From a virus, in the IMG/VR virus record IMGVR_UViG_3300043811_000032, positions 1 to 64,000 of that record: a DNA stretch of 64,000 nucleotides. One strand, written 5' to 3'. Shown piece by piece: positions 36,697-46,059 of the stretch. Numbering within the stretch: position 1 is the stretch's first letter; each line of letters starts with the position of its first letter. Both the position numbers and the translations under genes were made by a program. The notes beneath the pieces are model-generated. The model worked only from the letters and a program-made list of their open reading frames with translations. It searched no databases and was not told the origin of the DNA.

Positions 36697-37562
36697 CGCG
36701 GTGTATGCTCAGGGCAACGCCAACCATTCGCAAACTGGGGATACTCACAGTGCCCAACCATCCAAGGTTCGGGTCTGCCTCCCTCTTGCCACGGCTTCAT
36801 TTCTCGCGGGCATACTCGACAATTACGACCGCCCACACCAACGAAGTTTCCTTTCACCTGGCAGCTCCAAGGCAACGCTTCTTGCCCTACCTTGAGACCG
36901 ACCCCAAACCACGACTTGTCTTGATCATACTGCTCAACGAACTCCAACCACTCCTGATCCTTTGCAGTGATTTCGTTCCAGTGCCGGCCTACGTCTGGAT
37001 CAAGACACGAGCAAATATCATGGAACGCCACGTGCTTGCAATGTGGAGATACCAGCCGATGGTCTCGTCGCACGCTCGCGAGGTCGTGGCTGGCATCGAT
37101 GAAGCACAGGTCCCATTTGGTATCCCGCAACTCGGCTCGCACTTCGTCGCTATCCGTATCGGCTTCGATGTAACTAAACCGTCGCATCGAGCCATACTCC
37201 TTCACGTTAGGATATGGCGGTCGGCGGTCGACCCCGCAGGCTCGCTTCACCTCCCAGAACTTGCCGAGGAACTCCACCGTCGCCACGAAGCTGCCGCCCG
37301 GCCCAACGCCCAGCTCCATGTAACTCTCGATGGGTCCGAGGTCCAGCAAGGCGAGCAAGTAGCGGGCAAACTGGTTCGGGTACTGGCACAGGTGCAGTCC
37401 ACAGTCGGTCGGCATCCAGCGCGGGTAGACCCGGTCACTGTAGCCCTTGACCCACGTCCGCACGCCGCAGTGGCATAGCAACCCGTGCAGGTAGTCGTAG
37501 CAACGTAGTTCCCGCTGACTGCTGGCACGGAACAGCGACACGCACTCGGAGAAGCTGATCAC
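36693..37562 (-). CDS. class I SAM-dependent (Methyltransf_24-like) methyltransferase
   Basis: YMELGVGPGGS, DLCFIDASH, AFHDI. Confidence 0.85.
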   Translation of the reverse strand: MISFSECVSLFRASSQRELRCYDYLHGLLCHCGVRTWVKGYSDRVYPRWMPTDCGLHLCQYPNQFARYLLALLDLGPIESYMELGVGPGGSFVATVEFLGKFWEVKRACGVDRRPPYPNVKEYGSMRRFSYIEADTDSDEVRAELRDTKWDLCFIDASHDLASVRRDHRLVSPHCKHVAFHDICSCLDPDVGRHWNEITAKDQEWLEFVEQYDQDKSWFGVGLKVGQEALPWSCQVKGNFVGVGGRNCRVCPREMKPWQEGGRPEPWMVGHCEYPQFANGWRCPEHTPR

Positions 37563-38494
37563 AGCAGCTGCACCGCCTTCGCCACTTCTTTGATCCCGTC
37601 CTCCAACGACCGCTTGGCCTCGAAGCCGGTGGCACGGAGCCGAGCACTGCTCACCTCGTAGTCACGCTTATCGGGGTCATTACTGTGTATCGCTTCGTGA
37701 ATGACGAACGGCTCGCCAACTATGTGGTACACTTTCCTAGCCATCTCCAGCTTCGTGCAATTCGCTGAGTCATTGCCGAGGTTCCACGGCTTGCCGACCA
37801 TCTTCATGGTCACATCACACCAATTCATCTCACTGCTCCGAACCGCCCACGCAAAGCAGTCCGCCACGTCCTGCACGTGGACGTAGTTGCGGCGGGCGTG
37901 GCCCTCGAACAGCACTATGGCTCGGTCCTGGACGGCCCGACGGGTGAAGTCGTTCACCAGCAGGTCCCAGCGCATCGCCGGGCTGACGCCGAACACCGTG
38001 GCGAGCCGGAAGCTGACCGTGTTGGGTGAGTCGAGCACCATCTCCTCGGCCATCTTCTTGCTCTTGCCGTAGACGCTCACCGGTTCCAGTGGCGTGTCCT
38101 CGTCACAGACCTTACCCGGCGCCGTCCTACCGTAACCCGAGTTGGTCATCGGGAACAAGAGCAACTGACCCGTGCGGCGACGTGCCAGCAGCATGCGGAT
38201 CGCCTGGCTGTTGACCTTCCAAGCGTTGTCAGGGTCACGGTCGCAGGCGGTCAGGCCAACCACACCGGCCAGCGGGATCACCGCATCAGCCTTGTCGAGC
38301 AACGGCTGCAAGACATCCTCATCGAAGCACTGGCCGCGAACGAACTCGAAGTTGGGATGCCCGCATACCGGCAGCAGACCGGCACCGCCCCGACTCAGGT
38401 TGTCGAGCACCGTCACCTCGTGCCCATCGGCCAGCAGCCGCGGCACCATGACGCTCCCGAGGAATCCGCAACCCCCGGTAATGAGGATCTTCAC
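37559..38494 (-). CDS. NAD-dependent nucleotide-sugar epimerase/dehydratase
   Basis: ITGGCGFLG, YGKSK, FRLATVFG.SP.MR.DLLVN. Confidence 0.92.
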   Translation of the reverse strand: MKILITGGCGFLGSVMVPRLLADGHEVTVLDNLSRGGAGLLPVCGHPNFEFVRGQCFDEDVLQPLLDKADAVIPLAGVVGLTACDRDPDNAWKVNSQAIRMLLARRRTGQLLLFPMTNSGYGRTAPGKVCDEDTPLEPVSVYGKSKKMAEEMVLDSPNTVSFRLATVFGVSPAMRWDLLVNDFTRRAVQDRAIVLFEGHARRNYVHVQDVADCFAWAVRSSEMNWCDVTMKMVGKPWNLGNDSANCTKLEMARKVYHIVGEPFVIHEAIHSNDPDKRDYEVSSARLRATGFEAKRSLEDGIKEVAKAVQLL

Positions 38495-38674
38495 TTGCAA
38501 GCCCTCGCAAGAAGGACTTGCAAAGCCGTCATGATGATTACTTGATTTGACATCACAAAGCTAAAGCATTCACCCGAGTTAGTATACTTATCAGAGTTCG
38601 CGAACTTCTCCGTTAGTTTAATGGCCTCAGCTAGGATTCTGATCGCTTCTTCAATCTCCATGTTTCATGCTCTC

Positions 38675-39598
38675 CTACAGTTGCTGCTCCACCGTTGCAC
38701 CTTCGTCGTCGAACTCTACCGCCTCGGGCCTGCAGTCCAGTCTCTCCATCGCCAGCATCACGTCCAGCCGCCGCTCCTCGGGAACGCACAGCAGCAGGTA
38801 GCCGCCGAGTCCCGCCCCGCACAGCTTGCCGCCCCAAGCACCAGTATCCATCGCGGCGGCGTACAGTATGTCCGCTCGCTCCGTCGTGCAGTTGCTAGAG
38901 CGCTTCTTCGCGTTCCAAGCATAGTGCAGATGCCTGCCGAACTTCTCAAGGTCGTCGTTGAGCAGTGCCGAAGTCATCACGAACGCTTGCCCCTTGAGGA
39001 TCATCATCGTCTCGAACTGACTGCCAACGTTCTCCGCCAACCGCTTCTGTATCCCAGCATGCGTGCGGGCGGCACCGGTGTGGACCAGCACCAGGCTACG
39101 TTGTAACGCCTCCCTGGTCTGGTCCGGCAGCACCACCGGCGAGACTTGGATCACCTCCTTAGTAAGAGAAGAGTCAGCTGCATTTGCATGCGGTGCCTCC
39201 TTCTTGCTAGGGAACTCGATCAGGTTCAGGCCGCCGAACGCCGCTGCATACTGGTCCTGCTTGCCGCCCGCTATCCGCAAGTGCTTCCGTTCCATCACAT
39301 ACGCGGCCTCAGCAAGATCGTGCTTGCTCCGCTCGATGCCGAGGCGGGCATCCATCGCCCTTATGATCGCCACGCACACACTGGAGCTGCCGCCAAGACC
39401 GCTGCCGGGAGGGGCGTCACACTTGACGTTGACGCTCAGCTCGCCGTTGTACGTCAGCTCGCAATGAGCATAGCGTTTGATGGTTGCGCTCAGCACCGCG
39501 CCGCCGTGGACGTCGCTGAACTCTGGCAGGTCCGTACCACCGCCGGCGAAGCTGACCCGCAACGGGGCTCGGGTACGGACGGTCGAGTGGTGAATCAC
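38675..39598 (-). CDS. GHMP sugar kinase, HddA (heptose-7-phosphate kinase)-like
   Basis: RAPLRVSFAGGGTD, PPGSGLGGSS, GKQDQYAAAFGG, GGKLCGAG.GG. Confidence 0.9.
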   Translation of the reverse strand: MIHHSTVRTRAPLRVSFAGGGTDLPEFSDVHGGAVLSATIKRYAHCELTYNGELSVNVKCDAPPGSGLGGSSSVCVAIIRAMDARLGIERSKHDLAEAAYVMERKHLRIAGGKQDQYAAAFGGLNLIEFPSKKEAPHANAADSSLTKEVIQVSPVVLPDQTREALQRSLVLVHTGAARTHAGIQKRLAENVGSQFETMMILKGQAFVMTSALLNDDLEKFGRHLHYAWNAKKRSSNCTTERADILYAAAMDTGAWGGKLCGAGLGGYLLLCVPEERRLDVMLAMERLDCRPEAVEFDDEGATVEQQL

Positions 39599-39819
39599 TT
39601 CTTCCGCACCCTCGTAACCTTGTACTTTTTACCGATATCTACGCCTGCTTCCAAGTCGTCCGCAAACTGTCGCAACCGACTGGCTATCTTCTCTACCACG
39701 GATGGCTTTGCCTTCTCTAAGCAGTCGCAGGGCATCATGTCAGCGAACCTGTTGCAGCATCCAATCGTGGCGTGGCTCCTCGCTTCCATCACTTCTGCCC
39801 GCGTTCGTTGCTTCGCCAT
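39595..39819 (-). CDS. hypothetical protein
   Basis: Coupled ORF with CC..CDC. Confidence 0.5.
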   Translation of the reverse strand: MAKQRTRAEVMEARSHATIGCCNRFADMMPCDCLEKAKPSVVEKIASRLRQFADDLEAGVDIGKKYKVTRVRKK

Positions 39820-39820
39820 G

Positions 39821-40786
39821 CTATATCCTCACGTTGGGGTACTCGGATGCGAACCAATCGTACGCACGATTGAGCGCCTCGCCCAGCGGCTCGAACCGGA
39901 AGTCGGGCAGCAGGGACCGCAGCAGGCTCGTGTCGGTCGGGCGGCGGCGCTGGCCGTTGGGCTTGTCGGTCTCGTACGTTGGAAACGGCTCGCGTCGTCC
40001 AACCGCCTTGTGGAGCTGGTCCACCAACTCACGGATCGTCACCGATTCACCGCTGCTCACGATCAGCCGCGGTGGTAGCTCGGGTAGGTCGACCAGCCGC
40101 ATCACGATCCTCGCCACGTCATCACTGCTCAAGAACTCTCGCTCGCTGCTGCCGTCGCCCCACACCCGCAGGGGCTCGCCGTTCTTGCGTGCCTGGTAGA
40201 GCTTATGGATCAAGGCGGGTACCACGTGGCAGGTGCCGAGGCGGTAGTTGTCGTGCGTACCGAAGATGTTGGCCGGGATGAGCGTGCATCCCTGGAGCCC
40301 GTGCTGCTTAGCCGCTCCGTCGATCAGCACGTCAATCATCCGCTTGGCGTGACCGTAGTGCCAGTTCTGGACCGGAGGCATTCCTCGGTGCAGATCGCCT
40401 TCCTCCAAGCCTCGTATGTTTGCACGTTCTGCGTCCAGAGCGACATAAGCAGGCATCGCACACACGCTGCTGAACGCGATCAACCGTGCCTTGTGACGGA
40501 CGCAGGCATCGACCACGTTGCAGGCCATCAACAGGTTCTTGTGGCACAGGTCGTAGGGCGCCTCCGTCTGCTGGCCGATGCCGCCCACGAAGGCCGCGGC
40601 GTGGATGACAACGTCGGGCTTGACTGCATCAAAGGCTTCATCAATATGTGACGGATAGCACAGGTCACCGAACTTGCCAGCATAAGCACCCTTGACACGA
40701 ACCGAGAACACCATCTCGTGCTTCGTCTCGACCCGCCGCAGGGCCTGTCCTACAAGTCCGTCGCTGCCCGTACAAAGTATCCTCAT
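39821..40786 (-). CDS. fcl: GDP-L-fucose synthase/ColC-like epimerase-reductase
   Basis: TGSDGLVG, HAAAFVGGI, FSSVC, YGHAKR, N.FG.HDN, HVVPALIHK, WGDG..REF. Confidence 0.88.
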   Translation of the reverse strand: MRILCTGSDGLVGQALRRVETKHEMVFSVRVKGAYAGKFGDLCYPSHIDEAFDAVKPDVVIHAAAFVGGIGQQTEAPYDLCHKNLLMACNVVDACVRHKARLIAFSSVCAMPAYVALDAERANIRGLEEGDLHRGMPPVQNWHYGHAKRMIDVLIDGAAKQHGLQGCTLIPANIFGTHDNYRLGTCHVVPALIHKLYQARKNGEPLRVWGDGSSEREFLSSDDVARIVMRLVDLPELPPRLIVSSGESVTIRELVDQLHKAVGRREPFPTYETDKPNGQRRRPTDTSLLRSLLPDFRFEPLGEALNRAYDWFASEYPNVRI

Positions 40787-40894
40787 GGCTGCTCTTCCGT
40801 AGAGATGGCGAACACTGTTCCAGACAACTTGGCCGTCTTGAAGTTCTCGATGAGCACTTGCTTCACTGCCTCTGTCTGCTTCAAGTCGCTGATC

Positions 40895-42583
40895 TTAAAC
40901 GGCCCCACCGACTGCAGACCGTGTTCCTGTGTCAGGATGCAGTACGTCACTAGTACCATCACCGTTGCCCTCCAGCAGGTTGCGTTGCAGTCGCTTGCCG
41001 TTCATCGCCTCGACCTGTGCCTTCGCGTCGGTGCCGAACTCCCGCTCGACGAGTGCCAGGTACTCGGGACGGGAGAAGTAGAAATTGTGAGCGTAGTCCC
41101 GGAATCGCAGCACTTGTCCGCTGGTTAGATGCTTCGTGGCCATCGGAGTGCAGTCGCGGCTGTGCTGGCTGAACGCGCTCCACTCCAGACCATGGTGGCT
41201 GGGTGTCTGCTTCCACAGGGCACTGCCTGGATATGGCATAGCGCTGTAGAAGTTGGCCCACGGCGTGTTCAACATCGTCGCCAACTTCAACGTCTGATCC
41301 ATCGACGTGTGGTCGTCCTCGGGTAGACCAAAGATGTAGTTGGCGAGCACGTGAATGCCAGCCGCTTGGATGCGGTCAACGCACTGACGGATCTGATCAT
41401 CGCCACCCTTGTAGTCTTTGTCCACGCCTGCTCGCACGTTGGTCGCTGCCGACTCGATGCCCAGCGCCAGCCAGCGGAAGCCGGCACGACGCATCCGTTC
41501 CAGCAGCCCACGGTCGTTGGCCGTATCCACCCGTGCGTACGCCCATACATTCAAAACTTCAGCTGGATCCTTGATCCGCTGCATGATGGCGTCGCACACG
41601 CCCTCGACGTGGCGCTTGTTCAGGACGAACATCTCGTCGGCGATCTTGATGTTGCCGACACCGTGATCGTAGTGGAGCTTGGCGATCTGCTGGCCAACGT
41701 GCTCGGGGCTCCAGGTGCGGTAGCTGTTGGGCACCTCAGCACCCGGCTTGAACTTGCCGGCCAGCTTCAGTGCGACCTTCTCGCCCTCCTTGAACGGCGA
41801 TTGTATACAGCAGAAGCTGCAGGCGAACGGACAACCAAGACTGGTGTAGATGGCGGCGTAGGGCGAGCGGGTTCTTGTTGCCTTGTTGCCTTTGTACGTT
41901 ATCCCACCAGCATCTTGAGCAAAGTACTCCAATCTATGAGCGACATCCCAAGTAGGTGAGGTCCAGCCGTGCCAATTGTGACAGCGATACTTACCGTAGC
42001 TCTCGATGCCGTGCATCGCCGGCATGTCCGCGTTCACGTCCGTCACGTTCGGGGCGCTGGTCGTCTCGAAGTAGGTCCGTGCGGCGAACGGGCTGGGACC
42101 GTAGAAGCCGATGCCACGGACGTCGTGATGGTTACGCCCTTGGAGCAACTCCGCGATGCTGGTGCAGCCCTCGCCCGTGCACACGTAGTCAGCACCTGAC
42201 TCCCGCAGCGTGCGGTCGGGCAACGCGGCGACGTGTCCGCCTACCATCACCACCTTGGTCGCCTCGTCCCACGCCTTGGCTGAGTAGCTGATCCGGTACG
42301 CCTCGGGCATCGTCTGCGTGCTGGCCGATGGGTTCTGGCCGTAGCACACAACGGCTGTGAGTCGGGGCTTGCGGTCCGCCGCCACCTTGCCGGCGTCACC
42401 AGCGTCCAGCCCCTCGGCGTTGGCATCGAGGATCTCCACGCTGAAGCCCTTGCGACGGACGTACTCGGCGATCAGACCGGCCCACACAGGCGGCTCTATC
42501 GCGGTCAGGTCTTCGGCGAGGTCTTGATAAACTTCTCGCCTGCCTCCCGGTGAGACTAACAACAAGTCGATTTGCTTGGTCAT
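40895..42583 (-). CDS. B12-binding radical SAM enzyme
   Basis: EPPVW, GGHVAALP, GEG, TSLGCPFACSFCC, DEMF, YARVD, LGIES, YIFGLP. Confidence 0.9.
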   Translation of the reverse strand: MTKQIDLLLVSPGGRREVYQDLAEDLTAIEPPVWAGLIAEYVRRKGFSVEILDANAEGLDAGDAGKVAADRKPRLTAVVCYGQNPSASTQTMPEAYRISYSAKAWDEATKVVMVGGHVAALPDRTLRESGADYVCTGEGCTSIAELLQGRNHHDVRGIGFYGPSPFAARTYFETTSAPNVTDVNADMPAMHGIESYGKYRCHNWHGWTSPTWDVAHRLEYFAQDAGGITYKGNKATRTRSPYAAIYTSLGCPFACSFCCIQSPFKEGEKVALKLAGKFKPGAEVPNSYRTWSPEHVGQQIAKLHYDHGVGNIKIADEMFVLNKRHVEGVCDAIMQRIKDPAEVLNVWAYARVDTANDRGLLERMRRAGFRWLALGIESAATNVRAGVDKDYKGGDDQIRQCVDRIQAAGIHVLANYIFGLPEDDHTSMDQTLKLATMLNTPWANFYSAMPYPGSALWKQTPSHHGLEWSAFSQHSRDCTPMATKHLTSGQVLRFRDYAHNFYFSRPEYLALVEREFGTDAKAQVEAMNGKRLQRNLLEGNGDGTSDVLHPDTGTRSAVGGAV

Positions 42584-42828
42584 TCTGATGCTGGCCCGCC
42601 GCAAGAGTAGCGATGCACTTCTACGTCAACACCCAAAGCCTTCAACTCATCGGCTTGTTCCGTCGCCTGTTTCTCGTCGGTATAGGCATAATCTTCCATC
42701 TTGATCGGGTTCTTCACCGTTGGCTGCATTGGTAGAAAAGCCAGTGCCTCACGACTCCACACCAAACTACCATAGCCGATGACGTAGATATCTGGAGGTA
42801 GTTCCTCGCCAATCTTCTCCTCGCTCAC
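42580..42828 (-). CDS. hypothetical protein
   Basis: Coupled ORF. Confidence 0.5.
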   Translation of the reverse strand: MSEEKIGEELPPDIYVIGYGSLVWSREALAFLPMQPTVKNPIKMEDYAYTDEKQATEQADELKALGVDVEVHRYSCGGPASE

Positions 42829-43316
42829 GTTACTACCCTCATAGACTTCTCGCCGGCCACCAGTTGCTCCGCCAGTCTGCGGGTCTCCTCCTTCACCTCT
42901 TCGGCGGTCCAGTAGTATTGCTGTCGACCGAACAGCCCACCTAGCCTCAATGAGTAAGACGGAGACATGTCATCGCAGTGGGCGCAGTCAAAACCGAACC
43001 ACCAGACGTCGTCCGGCTCCCCTGGATTCGGCACATGACAAACGCAACCGGCACACTGGTGAGCGTAGGTGATACCACCGTGTGCTTCTAGGTGCTCAGT
43101 CTCCGGCTCGCTATATCCTTTGCCGTGTAGCGGATGCTCTGGCGGTATCCCAACGTAACCGCACCACGAACCTCCACCACCGCGATGGATGATGCACGGG
43201 AAACCGGCGTGCTCGAACTGTTGTCGGTCCGGTCCCTCGTCCTGCCAAGGCCCGGGACCCCAGCTCGTCTTATCCGCATACTGTTCGCAAGAAGGACAAG
43301 AATGCTGCTCGCTCAT
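42825..43316 (-). CDS. conserved phage hypothetical protein
   Basis: WCGYVG.P..HP, HGGITY, WWFGFDCAH. Confidence 0.7.
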   Translation of the reverse strand: MSEQHSCPSCEQYADKTSWGPGPWQDEGPDRQQFEHAGFPCIIHRGGGGSWCGYVGIPPEHPLHGKGYSEPETEHLEAHGGITYAHQCAGCVCHVPNPGEPDDVWWFGFDCAHCDDMSPSYSLRLGGLFGRQQYYWTAEEVKEETRRLAEQLVAGEKSMRVVT

Positions 43317-44542
43317 GATGCTACCCTCGCTGGTGCTAGTTCGTTCAACTCCTCGCACAGTCGCAATATCGCCTCTCGTTCCAGCCCCGGATGATTGCCG
43401 ACGTACCATCCGTAGTGGTGGATGTGCTCGGCGACCGGGAACCGCTCGTGGTAGTGCTCGCCGTAGATCCGCTTCAGGTACGGCTGCCTAAGTTGATTGC
43501 CACCACCGGCAACACCTCGCCTAAACTCAACACCGTGACGTCGCAGTAGTCCCTCCACCGCATCCCGCAGGGTTGTATCAGGGCGCTGGAGGACGAGGGT
43601 GAAGGCGTAACTAGAGCACCCTTCGATGGCAAAGTCCGTTTGGTAGACTTCCGGGTCGAGGTGCTGCAGGAACGTCTTGAGATTCTCGTTGCGTTTCGCA
43701 TTGTTCTCGTCCAGTCGCTTGAGCTGCTCGATGCCCAGCACCGCGCCGATCTCAGTGTTGCGGCAGTTGAAGCCAGGCAGGGCGAACACAAACTCGGGGT
43801 TGAGGTCGGGATGCTTGTGGTGCACGTGCCGCTTGTAGCCATCGCCGCCGCACTCGCGGGTCATGCCGTGGCCCCGCAGCATCCGCACCGTGCGGGCAAA
43901 CTCGTCGTCGTCAGTCGCTACGATCCCACCCTCTATCGTCGTCATGTGATGGGCGTAGTACGTCGAGAAGTTCGATGCGAGTCCGAACGAGCCAACCTTC
44001 TTGCCCCAATATAGGGTCTCGGTGTTGATTGCACCGACAGCCTCACAGCAATCCTCAATGACCACCGGCCCCCAATCTTCCGGCGACTTGTTACAGACCA
44101 CGTCCAGCGCCGCGTTGTTGAAGGCATTGTATCCCATGCAATGCGTTGGGAAAATTGCGAGCGGTCGCTCATCCTTGAGCGACTTCGCTACCGACGATCC
44201 ATCCATCCCCAGCGTCCGTCTGTCCACGTCCACGAACACCGGCTCCAGCCCGGCGTGCAACACGCTCGTGATGTCGCTACTCCACGTCAGCGTTGGCACC
44301 ACCACCTTGCCCGGTCCGCGTAGCTCCTTGAGGGCGTGCATAGTCAGGAGGTTAGCGCTGCTGCCCGAGTTGACGAACACCGAGTGCTTGACTCCCAGCC
44401 ACTCGCTGAACTTGGCCTCGAACTCGCGGACCTTCGTGCCCTGCGTCAATCGCGGATCGTCCTGCGAGAGCAGCGCCTTCACCGCGTCGAGGTCCGAGCG
44501 GTGGAAGTTCTGTTGCATCAGGGGCCAGTTGAACTTGGTCAC
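43313..44542 (-). CDS. PLP-dependent DegT-family enzyme, ColD/RfbH-type 3-dehydratase
   Basis: FVNSGSSANL, IEDCCE, STYYAHHMTTIEGG (His at the position of the Schiff-base Lys, as in ColD). Confidence 0.88.
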   Translation of the reverse strand: MTKFNWPLMQQNFHRSDLDAVKALLSQDDPRLTQGTKVREFEAKFSEWLGVKHSVFVNSGSSANLLTMHALKELRGPGKVVVPTLTWSSDITSVLHAGLEPVFVDVDRRTLGMDGSSVAKSLKDERPLAIFPTHCMGYNAFNNAALDVVCNKSPEDWGPVVIEDCCEAVGAINTETLYWGKKVGSFGLASNFSTYYAHHMTTIEGGIVATDDDEFARTVRMLRGHGMTRECGGDGYKRHVHHKHPDLNPEFVFALPGFNCRNTEIGAVLGIEQLKRLDENNAKRNENLKTFLQHLDPEVYQTDFAIEGCSSYAFTLVLQRPDTTLRDAVEGLLRRHGVEFRRGVAGGGNQLRQPYLKRIYGEHYHERFPVAEHIHHYGWYVGNHPGLEREAILRLCEELNELAPARVAS

Positions 44543-44804
44543 TTGCTCAGCTTTCTCTTGAGTCGAGTGTCTGGTCCACCAGTTGGATAGCAACGATACC
44601 CACCGCCACACGCCTCCCGTCCCTGTTCCGGCTTGTCGATGCGGTTGTCACGTCGCACAGTAGCATTCTTCGGCAACCGAAAGTGCTTCTTCCTCACAGT
44701 GGTATCTCCGTTCAGCCAGTCGGGATCGTTGCGTGCATAGTAAGCATCCAACGACGACCACCGCTTCCAGGTCCCATCCTGCCAAACCGTGATGCACTCA
44801 TCCA
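44539..44804 (-). CDS. hypothetical protein
   Basis: Coupled ORF. Confidence 0.4.
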
Positions 44805-45136
44805 TAAGTGATCGGACTCCTGATCTCACCCTTGCGCTTGGCGTCGCGGTGCCAGTCTTCGAGGATCACGTTCTCGCCGCTGCTGATGTCGGCCGTCGCC
44901 AGCCAGGCGCTGAACGCCTTGAGCTTGGCCTTGTTCGCAGGGTCACTGCTCTGCAGCACCTTGGCCACCGCCTCCTGCAACAGCCGCTTATTCTCCTGCT
45001 CCTCGTCCGTTAGCTGCCGCTTCTGCTCCACTCGGAACCATCGGTGCAGAGCGATCAGGTTGCGGAAGGTCTGACTCATCAGCTCTCCGAAGAGCTTCTG
45101 GACGTGTGCCTTCTCGGCCCGTTGCTCCTGGTTCAC
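44798..45136 (-). CDS. hypothetical protein
   Basis: Coupled ORF. Confidence 0.55.
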   Translation of the reverse strand: MNQEQRAEKAHVQKLFGELMSQTFRNLIALHRWFRVEQKRQLTDEEQENKRLLQEAVAKVLQSSDPANKAKLKAFSAWLATADISSGENVILEDWHRDAKRKGEIRSPITYG

Positions 45137-45765
45137 AACAGATCCCCCTGCTGCACCAGCACGGTCGAGCCATCGGACTCCACTGCGTCCACAAACTCCT
45201 CGTAGACGGCGCCGTCACGACCCGGGCCACCGCACAAGTCGACGACCGGAATGTTGGTAAGCATCTGGTCCAAGGCATGACAGTAGTTGCCGCTGTGCTG
45301 CGGTCCCGGATCGAGCGGCTCGGTAGCACCGGTCTGCGTGACGATGATGACCTTGATCGGCTTGCCCGTCATCTGCTCGTACTTGTCGAGATGGTTGACG
45401 AGCTGGTCGGTCGCACAGAGCAGGAAGTTGATCCGCGGCACCACGCAGATCGGCAGCATCCCCGCCATCGCCATGCCCATCGCCATGCCGAGCTGCGTGT
45501 TCTCGAACACCGGCAGCTCTAACTTGCGGTCGTCGGGCAGGCCCAGCTCCGCGATCTGCTTGCTGATGGCATGAGCAGGATAGCGAACGCCTTGGCCAAG
45601 AAAGATTGCGTTGGACTGCTCGGCCAGCAGCTTCATCCCGCGCATGATCTCGGTGCGGTAGTTCATCTTTGGTAGCTGAACTAGAGTCTCCCCGTGGGAC
45701 ATAGCCTCTTGCAGCCGCTTGATGCGACCGGCATCTTTCGACCGAGGGTCAGTACAGTCGTGCAT
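45133..45765 (-). CDS. ThDP-dependent E1 beta/transketolase pyrimidine-binding subunit (short)
   Basis: IFLGQGV, ELPVFEN..GMAMGMA..G, NFLL.A.DQLVN, GPQHS; start may be 45666. Confidence 0.85.
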   Translation of the reverse strand: MHDCTDPRSKDAGRIKRLQEAMSHGETLVQLPKMNYRTEIMRGMKLLAEQSNAIFLGQGVRYPAHAISKQIAELGLPDDRKLELPVFENTQLGMAMGMAMAGMLPICVVPRINFLLCATDQLVNHLDKYEQMTGKPIKVIIVTQTGATEPLDPGPQHSGNYCHALDQMLTNIPVVDLCGGPGRDGAVYEEFVDAVESDGSTVLVQQGDLL

Positions 45766-45774
45766 CGTTGCTCC

Positions 45775-46041
45775 TCACTGTTGCTCTTCTCGCTGTATGA
45801 GTTGGTCCAGCGGGCTCAGCTCCTCGCTCGCCAGCCAGTGCATCGTCATCCGTCGGAAGTTCCGCTGTCGCAACGTCGGTCGTCGCTCTGGCTCGTGCGG
45901 CCCCTCGTAAGTATCCCGCCTCAGTACCACCGGCTTGCCCATCACAAAGTTGGGCGGTCCTAGCAGATCATCGATTTCCCTGAGCGTCAGGCCCTGCATC
46001 CGCAACTGGAACCGGCTGCGGTCGCGTGCGTAGGCTGGCAT
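45775..46041 (-). CDS. hypothetical protein
   Basis: ORF between E1 subunits. Confidence 0.45.
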   Translation of the reverse strand: MPAYARDRSRFQLRMQGLTLREIDDLLGPPNFVMGKPVVLRRDTYEGPHEPERRPTLRQRNFRRMTMHWLASEELSPLDQLIQREEQQ

Positions 46042-46059
46042 TCCGTTGCCCTCGTTAGT